From contig CBDBBI010000010.1 of NCBI GenBank assembly GCA_965202625.1, positions 1,088,001 through 1,152,000 on the forward strand: a DNA stretch of 64,000 nt, in the 5' to 3' direction. Under the pieces are notes generated by a model. The model saw only the letters and a program-made list of their open reading frames with translations, had not been told where the DNA came from and made no database searches. This DNA comes from a bacterium. Its GTDB lineage: Bacteria; UBA8248. The translations under genes were made by a program, and so were the position numbers. The number at the start of each line of letters is the position of its first letter. Positions within the stretch are counted from its first letter, which is position 1. Of this stretch, positions 21,901 to 31,303 are shown piece after piece.

Positions 21901-22547
21901 CTTCTCGCTTCCTCGTGCGCCGCCATCGCCGCGTGCGCGTTCTGGATGAAGTCCAAAACCCGCTCGGAGTCCTTTCGGCCCGAAATCACACCCTCCAGAC
22001 CGCTGCTCGAATCCACGCCATAGGGCTGAACGCGCCTTACCGCCTCTGCCACGTTGTCCGGCCTCAAGCCCCCCGAGAGGATGATGGGTGTGCTGCGGGC
22101 CGCCCCCTCAGCCAACAGCCAGTCGAAACTCCTCCCCGTGCCCCCGAGCACGCCCTCCACGTAGGCGTCCAGCAAAATGGCGCAGCCGGGGAACGCGTCT
22201 ATCTCCTCTATCGTCTTTGGTCCCTTCACCCGCAAGGCGCGAATCACGCGCAAACCTTGCTTGATAAGCCAGCGGCAATCCTCGGGCGCCTCATCGCCAT
22301 GAAGCTGCGCGGCGTCCAGGCCGACGCGGCGCGCGACTTCCAATACGCGCTCCGGAGACTCGTTCACAAAAACCCCGACCCGCGTCCCGAAGGGGGGCAG
22401 CGCCTCGCCAATTTCTCTTGCCTGCTCCACATCCAGGCATCGGGGCGTGCCGGGGACGAAATTCAACCCCAGAGCGTCGGCACCCGCCTCCAGTGCGAAT
22501 TTCGCGTCCTCAGCAGTGGTGACGCCACAAATTTTCACGCGAATCAC
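21897..22547 (-). CDS. trpF: Phosphoribosylanthranilate isomerase (GTG start preferred)
   Basis: [47 protein letters not shown]. Confidence 0.95.
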   Translation of the reverse strand: MIRVKICGVTTAEDAKFALEAGADALGLNFVPGTPRCLDVEQAREIGEALPPFGTRVGVFVNESPERVLEVARRVGLDAAQLHGDEAPEDCRWLIKQGLRVIRALRVKGPKTIEEIDAFPGCAILLDAYVEGVLGGTGRSFDWLLAEGAARSTPIILSGGLRPDNVAEAVRRVQPYGVDSSSGLEGVISGRKDSERVLDFIQNAHAAMAAHEEARR

Positions 22548-22786
22548 GATGCAAAACCCTCGCCGAGAAAAAGGGGTCTTATAGCACAGAGTCAAAGCGT
22601 AAGCATAGGCTGAGGGAGTCCTCCCCCTGCTTTCAAGAAGCGGAATTTCCAGGGGGGATGCACATTCGCGCCGGGCGGAAAGTTTTCCATAAATGACGGA
22701 AAAACGCGATGAGAGCGCAGGTTGTCAAGAAGCGCGAGGAACGAGAATTTTCAAAAGAAGGTAAGAGCGGGATTCGCCGAACCGCA

Positions 22787-23500
22787 TCAAGCGCCGCCGA
22801 GATACATCATCTTGACTTCCTGGTTGTTCAGGAGCTCGTGTCCGCCGCCTTCGTAGCGATTCCTACCGAGTTCCAGCACGTAGCCTCGATCCGAAATCTC
22901 CAAGGCGCGGGCGGCGTTCTGCTCGACGAGCATGATGGTCAACCCCTCCTTGGCGAGGCCCACGATTTTTTCGAACACTTCGGTCACGAAGCGGGGGCTC
23001 AACCCCAGGGAGGGTTCGTCGAGCATAATCATCTTCGGTCTCGTCATCAGCGCGCGGCCCATGGCCAGCATTTGCTGCTCGCCGCCGCTCATCGTGCCCG
23101 CCAGCTGCTTTTGTCGCTCGCCAAGGCGCGGGAAGAGGGCGAAAACGTAGTCCATCGCGTCATTGATTTTCTTCTGCTCGCGCTCAATATAGGCGCCCAT
23201 CTCCAGGTTTTCCTTGACCGTCATCTGATTGAAGACGATGCGGCCCTGCGGCACATAGCCCAGCCCCCGGCTCAGAATCTGGTCCGGGCGGTAGCCTACG
23301 ATGTTCAGGCCTTCAAACTCGATCTCACCGCCCAGATAGTTGATGAAACCCATGATGATTTTGAAAGTCGTGGATTTTCCCGCCCCGTTGGGCCCGATGA
23401 CGGCCACCACCTCGTTTTTGTTCACGTGAAGCGATACGTCGTGGAGTATCTGGATTCGGCCATACGCCGCGCTGACGTCCTTGAGTGCTAATAGCGCCAT
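22787..23500 (-). CDS. livF: Liv-type ABC transporter ATP-binding protein (LivF-like)
   Basis: GPNGAGKST, MSGGEQQMLA, LDEPSLGLSP, VEQN. Confidence 0.93.
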   Translation of the reverse strand: MALLALKDVSAAYGRIQILHDVSLHVNKNEVVAVIGPNGAGKSTTFKIIMGFINYLGGEIEFEGLNIVGYRPDQILSRGLGYVPQGRIVFNQMTVKENLEMGAYIEREQKKINDAMDYVFALFPRLGERQKQLAGTMSGGEQQMLAMGRALMTRPKMIMLDEPSLGLSPRFVTEVFEKIVGLAKEGLTIMLVEQNAARALEISDRGYVLELGRNRYEGGGHELLNNQEVKMMYLGGA

Positions 23501-24226
23501 TTATCTGTGTCCAAAATATGCTTCGATGACGTCTTCGTTCGTCTGAATGTCCTCGGGCACGCCCTCGGCAATTTTGGTGCCGTAATCGAGCACAAACACT
23601 TTCTCGCAGTGATTCATGATCACGTTCATGTCGTGTTCGACGATGAGAATCGTCTTTCCCTGCTCTTCCTGAAGATGATGAATGTGGTCGAGCAGGTTGT
23701 TGAGAAGAGTTCTGTTGACACCCGCCGCCGGTTCGTCAAGCAGGATGAGATCCGGGTCCGTCATCAGGGCACGCGCGAATTCGAGGAGTTTTTGCTGGCC
23801 GTAGGAGAGGTTTCCGCCATACTCGCCGCGAAGTTTCGTGAGCGTGACGAACTCCATCAACTGCTCGGCGCGCGCGCGCGCCTCGCGCACGGGCATCTTC
23901 ATGCTCGATGCGGAGAGCATGTTCTCGAATACCGTCATTTCACGATAGATGCGGGTAATCTGGAAGGTGCGGCTGATGCCCCGGTTGAAAACTTCGTAGG
24001 GCTTCAAACCCACGATATTCTCTCCGTTGTATAAAACGGAGCCGCTGTCCGCTTGGAGAACACCCGTCAGGAGGTTGAACGTGGTGGTCTTTCCGGATCC
24101 ATTCGGTCCTATCAGACCGGATATCTTGCCCTTGGGCACCTGAAAAGTGCACCCATCCACCGCCTTGATGCCCCCGAAATACTTCTTCAGGTCTTGAATG
24201 TCGAGGGCGATTGCCGCATCAGCCAT
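23501..24226 (-). CDS. livG: Liv-type ABC transporter ATP-binding protein (LivG-like)
   Basis: GPNGSGKTT, RTFQITR, LSYGQQK, LDEPAAG, VEHDM, EAYFG. Confidence 0.93.
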   Translation of the reverse strand: MADAAIALDIQDLKKYFGGIKAVDGCTFQVPKGKISGLIGPNGSGKTTTFNLLTGVLQADSGSVLYNGENIVGLKPYEVFNRGISRTFQITRIYREMTVFENMLSASSMKMPVREARARAEQLMEFVTLTKLRGEYGGNLSYGQQKLLEFARALMTDPDLILLDEPAAGVNRTLLNNLLDHIHHLQEEQGKTILIVEHDMNVIMNHCEKVFVLDYGTKIAEGVPEDIQTNEDVIEAYFGHR

Positions 24227-24247
24227 TTTCCCGCATTGCTCCGCCTC

Positions 24248-25186
24248 TTAGTGCACCATTCCCTTGCGCGCCCAGCCCTTGTCAATGGCGAATCCCATCA
24301 ACCCGCGCGGCATAAATCGGGCCACGAGAACGATGAAGACGCCAAAGGCGATGAGGTGGGCCGTGGGGAACTTCACCCAGGTAATTTCCTGAACGATATA
24401 CAAGACGAACGTGCCCAGGATGGGACCAACCACCGTCCCCTTGCCGCCGAACATGGCAAAGAGCTTCATATAGATGGTGACAAGAATGAAGAATTCGCTT
24501 TCGGGGTCGATGTAAAGAACTTTATACGCCTGAATGCCGCCGGCCGCCGCCGGAAAGATGGCGGAGAGCGCGAAGGCGGAAAGCTTGTAGAACGTGGTGT
24601 TGACGCCCAGGCTCTCCGCGGCGATTTCGTCCTCGCGTATGGCGCTCAGGCGGATGCCGAATCTCGAATGCCCCACCCAGTAGGACACGACGATGGTGAT
24701 CAACATGACCAACAACATGGCGAAATAGGTTTCAAACGAGTTTTCTACGTTGGGCAGTCCGATGCCCTCGCCGCCGTGGGTGAGGCTCTCCCACACCGTG
24801 GCGACCACGCGCGTTCCCTCCGCAGCTCCGAGCATGGCGATGGCGAAATAGGGGCCCTTGAGGCGCAAAACCGGAAACCCGATACACAGGGAGACCACGA
24901 AGGAAACGAATACGCCCACGAAAAGGGTCGGTACCCAATGCCAGCCGTAATCCACCACAAGAATGGCCGTGGCATAGGCCCCGATGCCGTAGAACATCAC
25001 GTGCCCAAACGACACGTAGCCCGTGTAGCCGCTGATGATGTTCCAGCTCAGGGAGAGAACGACGTACATCATCGTGAACATAAGGACCGAGCGGTAGTAA
25101 AGGCTTATCTGCCAAGGCAAGAAAGCCAGGACGATAATGAGCACACCCAGCATTCCGAAGTTGCGGAGGTGTTCTTTTTGGGCCAT
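24248..25186 (-). CDS. livM: Liv-type ABC transporter permease (LivM-like)
   Basis: GYTGYVSFGH, LRLKGPYFAI, AIREDEIAAESLGVN. Confidence 0.92.
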   Translation of the reverse strand: MAQKEHLRNFGMLGVLIIVLAFLPWQISLYYRSVLMFTMMYVVLSLSWNIISGYTGYVSFGHVMFYGIGAYATAILVVDYGWHWVPTLFVGVFVSFVVSLCIGFPVLRLKGPYFAIAMLGAAEGTRVVATVWESLTHGGEGIGLPNVENSFETYFAMLLVMLITIVVSYWVGHSRFGIRLSAIREDEIAAESLGVNTTFYKLSAFALSAIFPAAAGGIQAYKVLYIDPESEFFILVTIYMKLFAMFGGKGTVVGPILGTFVLYIVQEITWVKFPTAHLIAFGVFIVLVARFMPRGLMGFAIDKGWARKGMVH

Positions 25187-25197
25187 TCAGATATCTC

Positions 25198-26187
25198 CTA
25201 GCTCTCTTTTGGTCCCATCAGACCGCGAGGTCTGATCAGCAGCACGAATAGCATCATTCCGTAGGAAGCGATCTCCACCATGGCGGTGCCGTTGGGAATC
25301 ATAAAAGAGATGAGGCTCTCGATGACCGCCAGCATCACCCCCCCGATCAGCGCGCCGATGTAGTGGCCTCTACCTCCGAGCACGATGATGGCGAAAGCCT
25401 GCAAGGTATACAGGATGCCCGTTTCTGGGTTGAAGCCGAACTGAATCGACACCAAGGCGCCGCCCGCCACCGCGAGCGCCGCGGCGAGGCCCGACGTGAT
25501 CATGTATATCTGGAATATGTTGATGCCGCAGACCATCGCGACGTCCGCGTTTTGCGCGGTTGCGCGTATCGCCTTGCCGATGCGGTGGACTTTCAGAAAA
25601 ACAAAAACGCTAACGGAGATGAAGGCGGCCATCACGAAGCTGATGATCTTGCTTTTGCTCACGGCGATGGACTCGGTGATTTGCAGCGCGTTAGGAGCGT
25701 AGGGGATGGTACGATAATCCGTGGTGAAGATGGCCTGCACGATATGAATGATCGTGAGGCCCAAGCCGAAAGTGATCAGCAAGGGCGTCAGTTCCGGCCC
25801 GCCCACCACGGCGTTCAGGAGCACCTTCTGAATCATGATGCCGATGACGAAGGCGATGGGCAGCGTGAGGAACAAGGCGAGGAGCGGGTCGAATCCCGCG
25901 TAGAAAAAGAACATCCAGGTGAGGTAGGCGCCCAGCATCACCATCTCCCCATGCGCGACGTTGATGATGCGCATGACGCCGAAGATGAGCGTGAGACCCA
26001 CGGCGAACATGGCGTATACGCCACCCTGCATGACGCCGTTCAGAATAACGGTGGTCAGACCTGCCAGCCACTGAAGGTCAAAGAAAACATTTTTCGTATA
26101 AATTCCAATGGCGAATGGAATGCTATAAGCCGCGACCAAAAACACCGCCAGCCAGTATTTACTACGAATTTCCGCTCTTTCTTGCAT
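25198..26187 (-). CDS. livH: Liv-type ABC transporter permease (LivH-like)
   Basis: GLTLIFGVMRIINVAHGE, GKAIRA, RPRGLMG. Confidence 0.92.
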   Translation of the reverse strand: MQERAEIRSKYWLAVFLVAAYSIPFAIGIYTKNVFFDLQWLAGLTTVILNGVMQGGVYAMFAVGLTLIFGVMRIINVAHGEMVMLGAYLTWMFFFYAGFDPLLALFLTLPIAFVIGIMIQKVLLNAVVGGPELTPLLITFGLGLTIIHIVQAIFTTDYRTIPYAPNALQITESIAVSKSKIISFVMAAFISVSVFVFLKVHRIGKAIRATAQNADVAMVCGINIFQIYMITSGLAAALAVAGGALVSIQFGFNPETGILYTLQAFAIIVLGGRGHYIGALIGGVMLAVIESLISFMIPNGTAMVEIASYGMMLFVLLIRPRGLMGPKES

Positions 26188-26309
26188 TCGAGACCGTGCC
26201 CTTCAATAACACGCGAAAAAAACGTCGCATTCGCCGCCGCGCCAAGGCCATCCTGGGCAGCCTTGGCGCGGACGATACGCGCGTTGATTTAATTTTCCCG
26301 AATCCGCGC

Positions 26310-27506
26310 CTAGTTCTTGCCTCTCTCGCTCCATTTCGGCATCGGCAGCTTGTAGGGCACTTCCGATATCTTCGTGGGCCATACGATCTTACGCTCACCG
26401 TCCAGGATTTGGAACGTCAGACCCTCGTGCGCGTTCAGGTTGGTCGCATCGACCTTCCAGGGGCCGATGACGGTCGTGGTACTCATCGTGCGCAGCGTAT
26501 TCCACACCTTGTCGCGGTCCACGGAGCCTGCGCGCGCAACCGCGTCGCCGAAAATCTGCAAGGCTGCGTAGGACTGACCCGCGTGGTAGTTCGGCTTCAC
26601 GCCGTAGCGCTTCTCATACGCCGTAATGTACGCATCCATGCCGGGCCGCTTGAGAATGGCCGGCTTTGGCTCCCACTGGCTGAAGCCCAGAACGTATTCC
26701 GCCGTGTCGCCGAGTTGCTTGGCGAATTTCGGGAGACCAGGGCCGACGGTTCCGGCGAAAATCCTGAGGTTGATGTTGAGCTCTCGCAGCTGGCGAATCT
26801 GCGCGGCGGCGTCGGCGAAGTAGCTGTTCGAGATGAGCGCCTCCGCGCGGCGCGCCTTGATCTTCTGGAGAAGCGCGGTGAAGTCCGTCTGCTTGCGCGG
26901 ATAGTTCTCGTTCAGCACCACTTCCAGGCCCAGCTTCTTCGCCCACTCCACGGCACCCTCCGCCGACTGCCGAGGGAAGAGGCTGTCATCGCCCACGATG
27001 GCGATTCGCTTCACGCCGAGGTCCCTGGCGATGTGAATCGCGCCTTTCTGATAGTCCTGGGCGACGGCGATGATGTTGAAGAGATACTTGCGGCCCTTCT
27101 TCCAGATGATGCCCGATGAGGCGCCAGGGGCCATCGTGGGGTATTTGTACCTTTCCAGCACGTTGGCCACCGCGTCGGTGATGCCGCTGGAGTAGGGGCC
27201 GACGGTCAGGTCCACCTTGTCCTGCGTGATGAGCTTCTCGTAGAGTTTGATGCTGGTCTGCTTGTCCGACTTGTCGTCGAGAATGGTAAAGTCGATTTTC
27301 TTGCCGTTCCATCCGCCCTTCGCGTTCATCTGATCTACATACAGCTTGTAGGAGTTCACCATGCGACCGGCAGGCTCCGCGTAGCGGCCCGTCTGTGAAA
27401 TGGCGATTCCCAGCGTGACCTTGTCCGCCGCCAGACCCGTCTCCGCGAAGGGAGCAGCCGTGAGGGCGAGAGCAAAGCCAAGAACACATACCAAGCTTCT
27501 CTTCAT
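26310..27506 (-). CDS. Liv-type ABC transporter substrate-binding protein, copy 1
   Basis: Signal peptide; DDKSD, LYEKLITQDKVD, GPYSS; type-1 periplasmic binding fold. Confidence 0.92.
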   Translation of the reverse strand: MKRSLVCVLGFALALTAAPFAETGLAADKVTLGIAISQTGRYAEPAGRMVNSYKLYVDQMNAKGGWNGKKIDFTILDDKSDKQTSIKLYEKLITQDKVDLTVGPYSSGITDAVANVLERYKYPTMAPGASSGIIWKKGRKYLFNIIAVAQDYQKGAIHIARDLGVKRIAIVGDDSLFPRQSAEGAVEWAKKLGLEVVLNENYPRKQTDFTALLQKIKARRAEALISNSYFADAAAQIRQLRELNINLRIFAGTVGPGLPKFAKQLGDTAEYVLGFSQWEPKPAILKRPGMDAYITAYEKRYGVKPNYHAGQSYAALQIFGDAVARAGSVDRDKVWNTLRTMSTTTVIGPWKVDATNLNAHEGLTFQILDGERKIVWPTKISEVPYKLPMPKWSERGKN

Positions 27507-27672
27507 CGTCTTATACTCCTCTTAATATCTGATGGTGAACAAAAACGTTCCGCCGCCGTGGGAAAAAGTTAGAAAGGGATTTTAGGCTGGCACAACACAC
27601 CTAAAGGGCTCACGAGCAAACCAGCTCGCGCGAAGGTTTCATCAAACAAGCCTAATCCCAAATATAAATACT

Positions 27673-27700
27673 ATGATACGCATATTATTTCCTGTGTCAA
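27673..27700 (-). promoter_or_regulatory. Sigma70-like promoter for the liv operon
   Basis: TTGACA-N16-TATCAT on the minus strand in an AT-rich spacer. Confidence 0.6.
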
Positions 27701-27758
27701 AGGAATTTTTGTCCCCGCCAAGGCCAACGACGACGCCCTTTCTATCCCCTACACCTCC

Positions 27759-28946
27759 CTAGTTCTTGCCTCTCTCGCTCCATTTGGGCATCGGCAGTTT
27801 ATAGGGGACTTCGGCGATTTTCTTCGGCCAGACGACCCTGCGTTTGCCCTCGAGAATCTGGAACGTCAGGCCATCGCGCTCGTTGAGGTTGTTCTCATCC
27901 ACCTTCCACTTCCCCATCACGGTCTGAAACTCCGAGGCGCGCAGCGTCTTCCAGACCTTGTGGCGGTCGTGGGAGCCCGCCTTCTGAATCGCCTTGGCCA
28001 CCACCTGTATCGCTCCATAGGCCATGGCGACGTGGTCGCTCGGCTTCACGCCGTGTCGCTTCTCGTAGGAGGCGATCAGGCGTCTCATGCCTGGAAACTT
28101 CAGTGCGCCGGGTTGCGGCTCCCACTGACTGAAGCCCAGAACGTATTCCGCCGTGTCGCCGAGCTGCTTGGCGAATTTCGGGAGACCAGGGCCGATGGTT
28201 CCGGCGAAAATCCTGAGGTTGATGTTGATCTCTCGCAGCTGGCGAATCTGCGCGGCGGCGTCGGCGAAGTAGCTGTTCGAGAAGAGCGCCTCCGCGCGGC
28301 GCGCCTTGATCTTCTGAAGAAGCGCGGTGAAGTCCGTCTGCTTGCGCGGATAGTTCTCGTTCAGCACCACTTCCAGGCCCAGCTTCTTCGCCCACTCCAC
28401 GGCACCCTCCGCCGACTGCCGAGGGAAGAGGCTGTCCTCGCCCACGATGGCGATTCGCTTCACGCCGATTTCCCTGGCAATGTGAAGTGCGCCCTTATGG
28501 TTTTTCTGGGCGACGGCGTTTTGATTGAACAGGTATTTTCGGCCCTTCTCCCACACCGCCCTGGAGGAGGCACCAGGAGCCAGCGTGGGGTATTTGTGCC
28601 TCTCAAAAATGTTGGCCACCGCGTCGGTGATGCCGCTGGAGTAGGGGCCGAGAGTCAGGTCCACCTTGTCCTGCGTGATGAGCTTCTCGTAGAGTTTGAT
28701 GCTGGTCTGCTTGTCCGACTTATCATCCAGAAGAATCAGCCTGATCTTCTTGCCCAGCAGGCCGCCCCTGGCGTTCTGCTGATCGGCGAACAGGCGATAG
28801 GCGTTGACGAACCGGCCGGCGGGCTCCGCGTAGCGGCCCGTGTGGGAGATGGATCCGCCAATGGCGATCTCGTCCGACGCCAGTGCCGGGCTCCCGAGAA
28901 GCGTTGCGCTCCATGCGAGCGCGATGAAGGCGTGCGCCGCTTTCAT
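27759..28946 (-). CDS. Liv-type ABC transporter substrate-binding protein, copy 2 (tandem paralog)
   Basis: ATG at 28946 after an AAGGAGG RBS; collinear with copy 1, same C-terminus KLPMPKWSERGKN. Confidence 0.92.
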   Translation of the reverse strand: MKAAHAFIALAWSATLLGSPALASDEIAIGGSISHTGRYAEPAGRFVNAYRLFADQQNARGGLLGKKIRLILLDDKSDKQTSIKLYEKLITQDKVDLTLGPYSSGITDAVANIFERHKYPTLAPGASSRAVWEKGRKYLFNQNAVAQKNHKGALHIAREIGVKRIAIVGEDSLFPRQSAEGAVEWAKKLGLEVVLNENYPRKQTDFTALLQKIKARRAEALFSNSYFADAAAQIRQLREININLRIFAGTIGPGLPKFAKQLGDTAEYVLGFSQWEPQPGALKFPGMRRLIASYEKRHGVKPSDHVAMAYGAIQVVAKAIQKAGSHDRHKVWKTLRASEFQTVMGKWKVDENNLNERDGLTFQILEGKRRVVWPKKIAEVPYKLPMPKWSERGKN

Positions 28947-29177
28947 CTTCTTGCCCTCCTTGATTGAACAGGGTGGAAAAGGATTATAGAAACGTCGCGG
29001 CGACACGTTCGCCTGGTCAAAACGCTTTCCACAACAGGACGAAACGAAAGCCCATCGGACGCGACGCCGAGAAAATGGGAACCGACAAGACGCGAAACGC
29101 CGTCCCCTTACGGTGGGCTTCATGGGAGGTGGGGCAGATTGAACAGCAACTGAATTCTAGCCCGGCAGGAGAAAAAC

Positions 29178-29639
29178 TCAAAGTCGCTCTTTTTCACGCT
29201 TGCCAGGCTCCGCAGTCGCCACGTCCACCGCGCACTCCTCCACCCAGACCGCCCCGTCTTCGCAATGCTCTTTCTTCCATATCGGCACGATCTGCTTGAT
29301 GCGGTCAATCGCGTAGCGGCACGCCTTGAAGGCCGCGTCCCGATGGGCGGAAGCCGCCGCGATGCCCACCGCGACGTCGCCCACGTGAAGTGCTCCCACG
29401 CGATGGGCCATCGCCAGATGGACGACGCCGAAACGCTCCTCGATCTCCTCGGCGACCTGGCGCATCTTTTTCTCCGCCATCCCAGGATAGGCATGATACT
29501 CCAGGCGCGTGACACTCCGTCCACCGCTGTGGTTTCTGACCCTGCCGACGAACGCACAAACCCCGCCCAGTTCGGGAGCGTCCACGCTGCGCGTCAGCAC
29601 ATCCACGTCAATGGCTGAATCCGTGATGCGGCAAATCAT
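29178..29639 (-). CDS. moaE: Molybdopterin synthase catalytic subunit
   Basis: FVGRVRN, LEYHAYPGMAE, HRVG, ASAHR, VPIWKKE. Confidence 0.95.
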   Translation of the reverse strand: MICRITDSAIDVDVLTRSVDAPELGGVCAFVGRVRNHSGGRSVTRLEYHAYPGMAEKKMRQVAEEIEERFGVVHLAMAHRVGALHVGDVAVGIAAASAHRDAAFKACRYAIDRIKQIVPIWKKEHCEDGAVWVEECAVDVATAEPGKREKERL

Positions 29640-29887
29640 GCGACGCCTCCGCTAATGGGGGGAATCAGTGCCAGTTCGTCGTCCGCCTCCACAGGTGTCC
29701 CCTCGCCCGCGAACTCGTGGTTGACGGAGACGGCGATGGACTCCATCCGCCCGGAAAACACCGGAAACCGCGCCGAGAGGCTCTCCCGTAAGTCATTCAC
29801 CGTCGCGCTATCGGGCACTTCAAGGTCGATTTCATCCTCTCCGGTCACCTCCTTCGCCCAAGCGAAACATTTGACGCGAACCCTCAT
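29636..29887 (-). CDS. moaD: Molybdopterin synthase sulfur carrier (ubiquitin-like), ends GG-VA
   Basis: MRVRVKCFA..KE, AVSVNHEF, DELALIPPISGG; overlaps the moaE start. Confidence 0.9.
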   Translation of the reverse strand: MRVRVKCFAWAKEVTGEDEIDLEVPDSATVNDLRESLSARFPVFSGRMESIAVSVNHEFAGEGTPVEADDELALIPPISGGVA

Positions 29888-30145
29888 GCGCTTCCCCACC
29901 AGATAAAAGAACGGACGCCGCCGGAAGGAAACCATCCCCCCTCCAAAGCACCGCAGGTCCTCATGTGAAACCTCATATGAAGCCTCGCCAACAAAAAGCG
30001 ACAACGCTCCAACACCCCTCACTCCCACCGTCACATCACTTGAGAATGATAGATATTTCACCCGGCAGAATCAAGAGGGGGGGCTGCAGCATCTTTCATC
30101 TTTCATCGCCCCTCATTTTTATTTTTCGGTGTATACTCGCCGCCC

Positions 30146-31303
30146 ATGAAAATCGCCTCTCATCCCGAATTGTCCAAAGCCCTCTCGGAAGCGCTGAAAA
30201 ACGGCCCCATCCCCTTTCGCCGCTTCATGGAACTCGCCCTCTACCATCCGGTGGGCGGCTATTATTGCCAGGAAAACGCCCGAATCGGACCCGACGGGGA
30301 TTTCTACACCAGTCCCCATCAAAGTCCCTGGCTCGGAAGGATGATAGCGCCGCTTCTTGAGAAAATCTGGCGCGGCATGGGCGAGACGCCCTCGTTGCGC
30401 CTGTGGGAATATGGGCCGGGGGAGGGGTGGCTCGCCTTTGACATTCTGGAGTCAATTCGCTCCTCGCGCCCGGATTTCAGCCAGGCCGTCTCCTACGCGC
30501 TCGCCGAGCGAAGCGCTACGGCCAAAAAGCGCATCCAGCAAAGACTGGGCGGCAGCCATGACGTTCAATTCCTGGACGGCGCGCGATACCCGCCCACTCG
30601 CTTCGAGGGCGTCGTGCTCGCCCATGAGTTTCTGGACGCCCTGCCCGTCCACGCCCTCATCCAGAGAGAGACGTGCCTTAAGGAGAGATACGTGGCGTGG
30701 CGCGATTCACGTCTTCGCTTCTGCGAGGACGCGCCCTCCAACGAACGCCTGCGCCGCTGGCTCCCCGAATTGGGGGTCCGGCTCTCGCCCGGTCAGATGG
30801 CGGAGGTGAACTTGTGCGCCTTCGACTGGATGAGCGAGATGGCGCGCCGCATGGAGCGCGGCGCTATGTTGATCTTCGACTATGGCTTCTCCGCGCGCGT
30901 TCTCTACGGCCCCACCCGGTCAGAGGGCACGCTTCGTGGCTACAGAAACCACGCCCTGATCGGCGACGCGCTCTCCCGCCCCGGAGAAACCGATCTCACC
31001 AGCCACGTCGACTTCACGTCCATCCTGCGGGCGGCGAGGTCCCAAAACATGGAACTTGCCGGTTTTACCGATCAGGCACGCTTTCTCCTAGGAGCCGGTC
31101 TGCCCCGCACGGCGGCGAGCCTGGGGGGCGATGACGAAAAAACGCGGCGAGAACGGAGGGCCATCATGGGCATCATGGACCCCACGGGTCTGGGCGGGGC
31201 CATAAAGGTCATGTTCCTGGTCAAAAACCTGGCCGTGAATGATTTGAGCGAGTTTTCGATGAAGCCCGACGACAGAGCGTCTCTCGATACGCTCTCGGAC
31301 TAA
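30146..31303 (+). CDS. SAM-dependent methyltransferase, MidA/NDUFAF7 (DUF185) family
   Basis: FMELALYHPVGGYY, GDFYTSP, EYGPGEG, EFLDALPVH, DYG, DLTSHVDF. Confidence 0.9.
   Translation: MKIASHPELSKALSEALKNGPIPFRRFMELALYHPVGGYYCQENARIGPDGDFYTSPHQSPWLGRMIAPLLEKIWRGMGETPSLRLWEYGPGEGWLAFDILESIRSSRPDFSQAVSYALAERSATAKKRIQQRLGGSHDVQFLDGARYPPTRFEGVVLAHEFLDALPVHALIQRETCLKERYVAWRDSRLRFCEDAPSNERLRRWLPELGVRLSPGQMAEVNLCAFDWMSEMARRMERGAMLIFDYGFSARVLYGPTRSEGTLRGYRNHALIGDALSRPGETDLTSHVDFTSILRAARSQNMELAGFTDQARFLLGAGLPRTAASLGGDDEKTRRERRAIMGIMDPTGLGGAIKVMFLVKNLAVNDLSEFSMKPDDRASLDTLSD

Noticed and set aside
22592-22690. Possible trp leader peptide (MENFSARRECASPWKFRF...) with a hairpin upstream of trpF
   Set aside because: Only one Trp codon, no clear RBS and no U-tailed terminator/antiterminator pair
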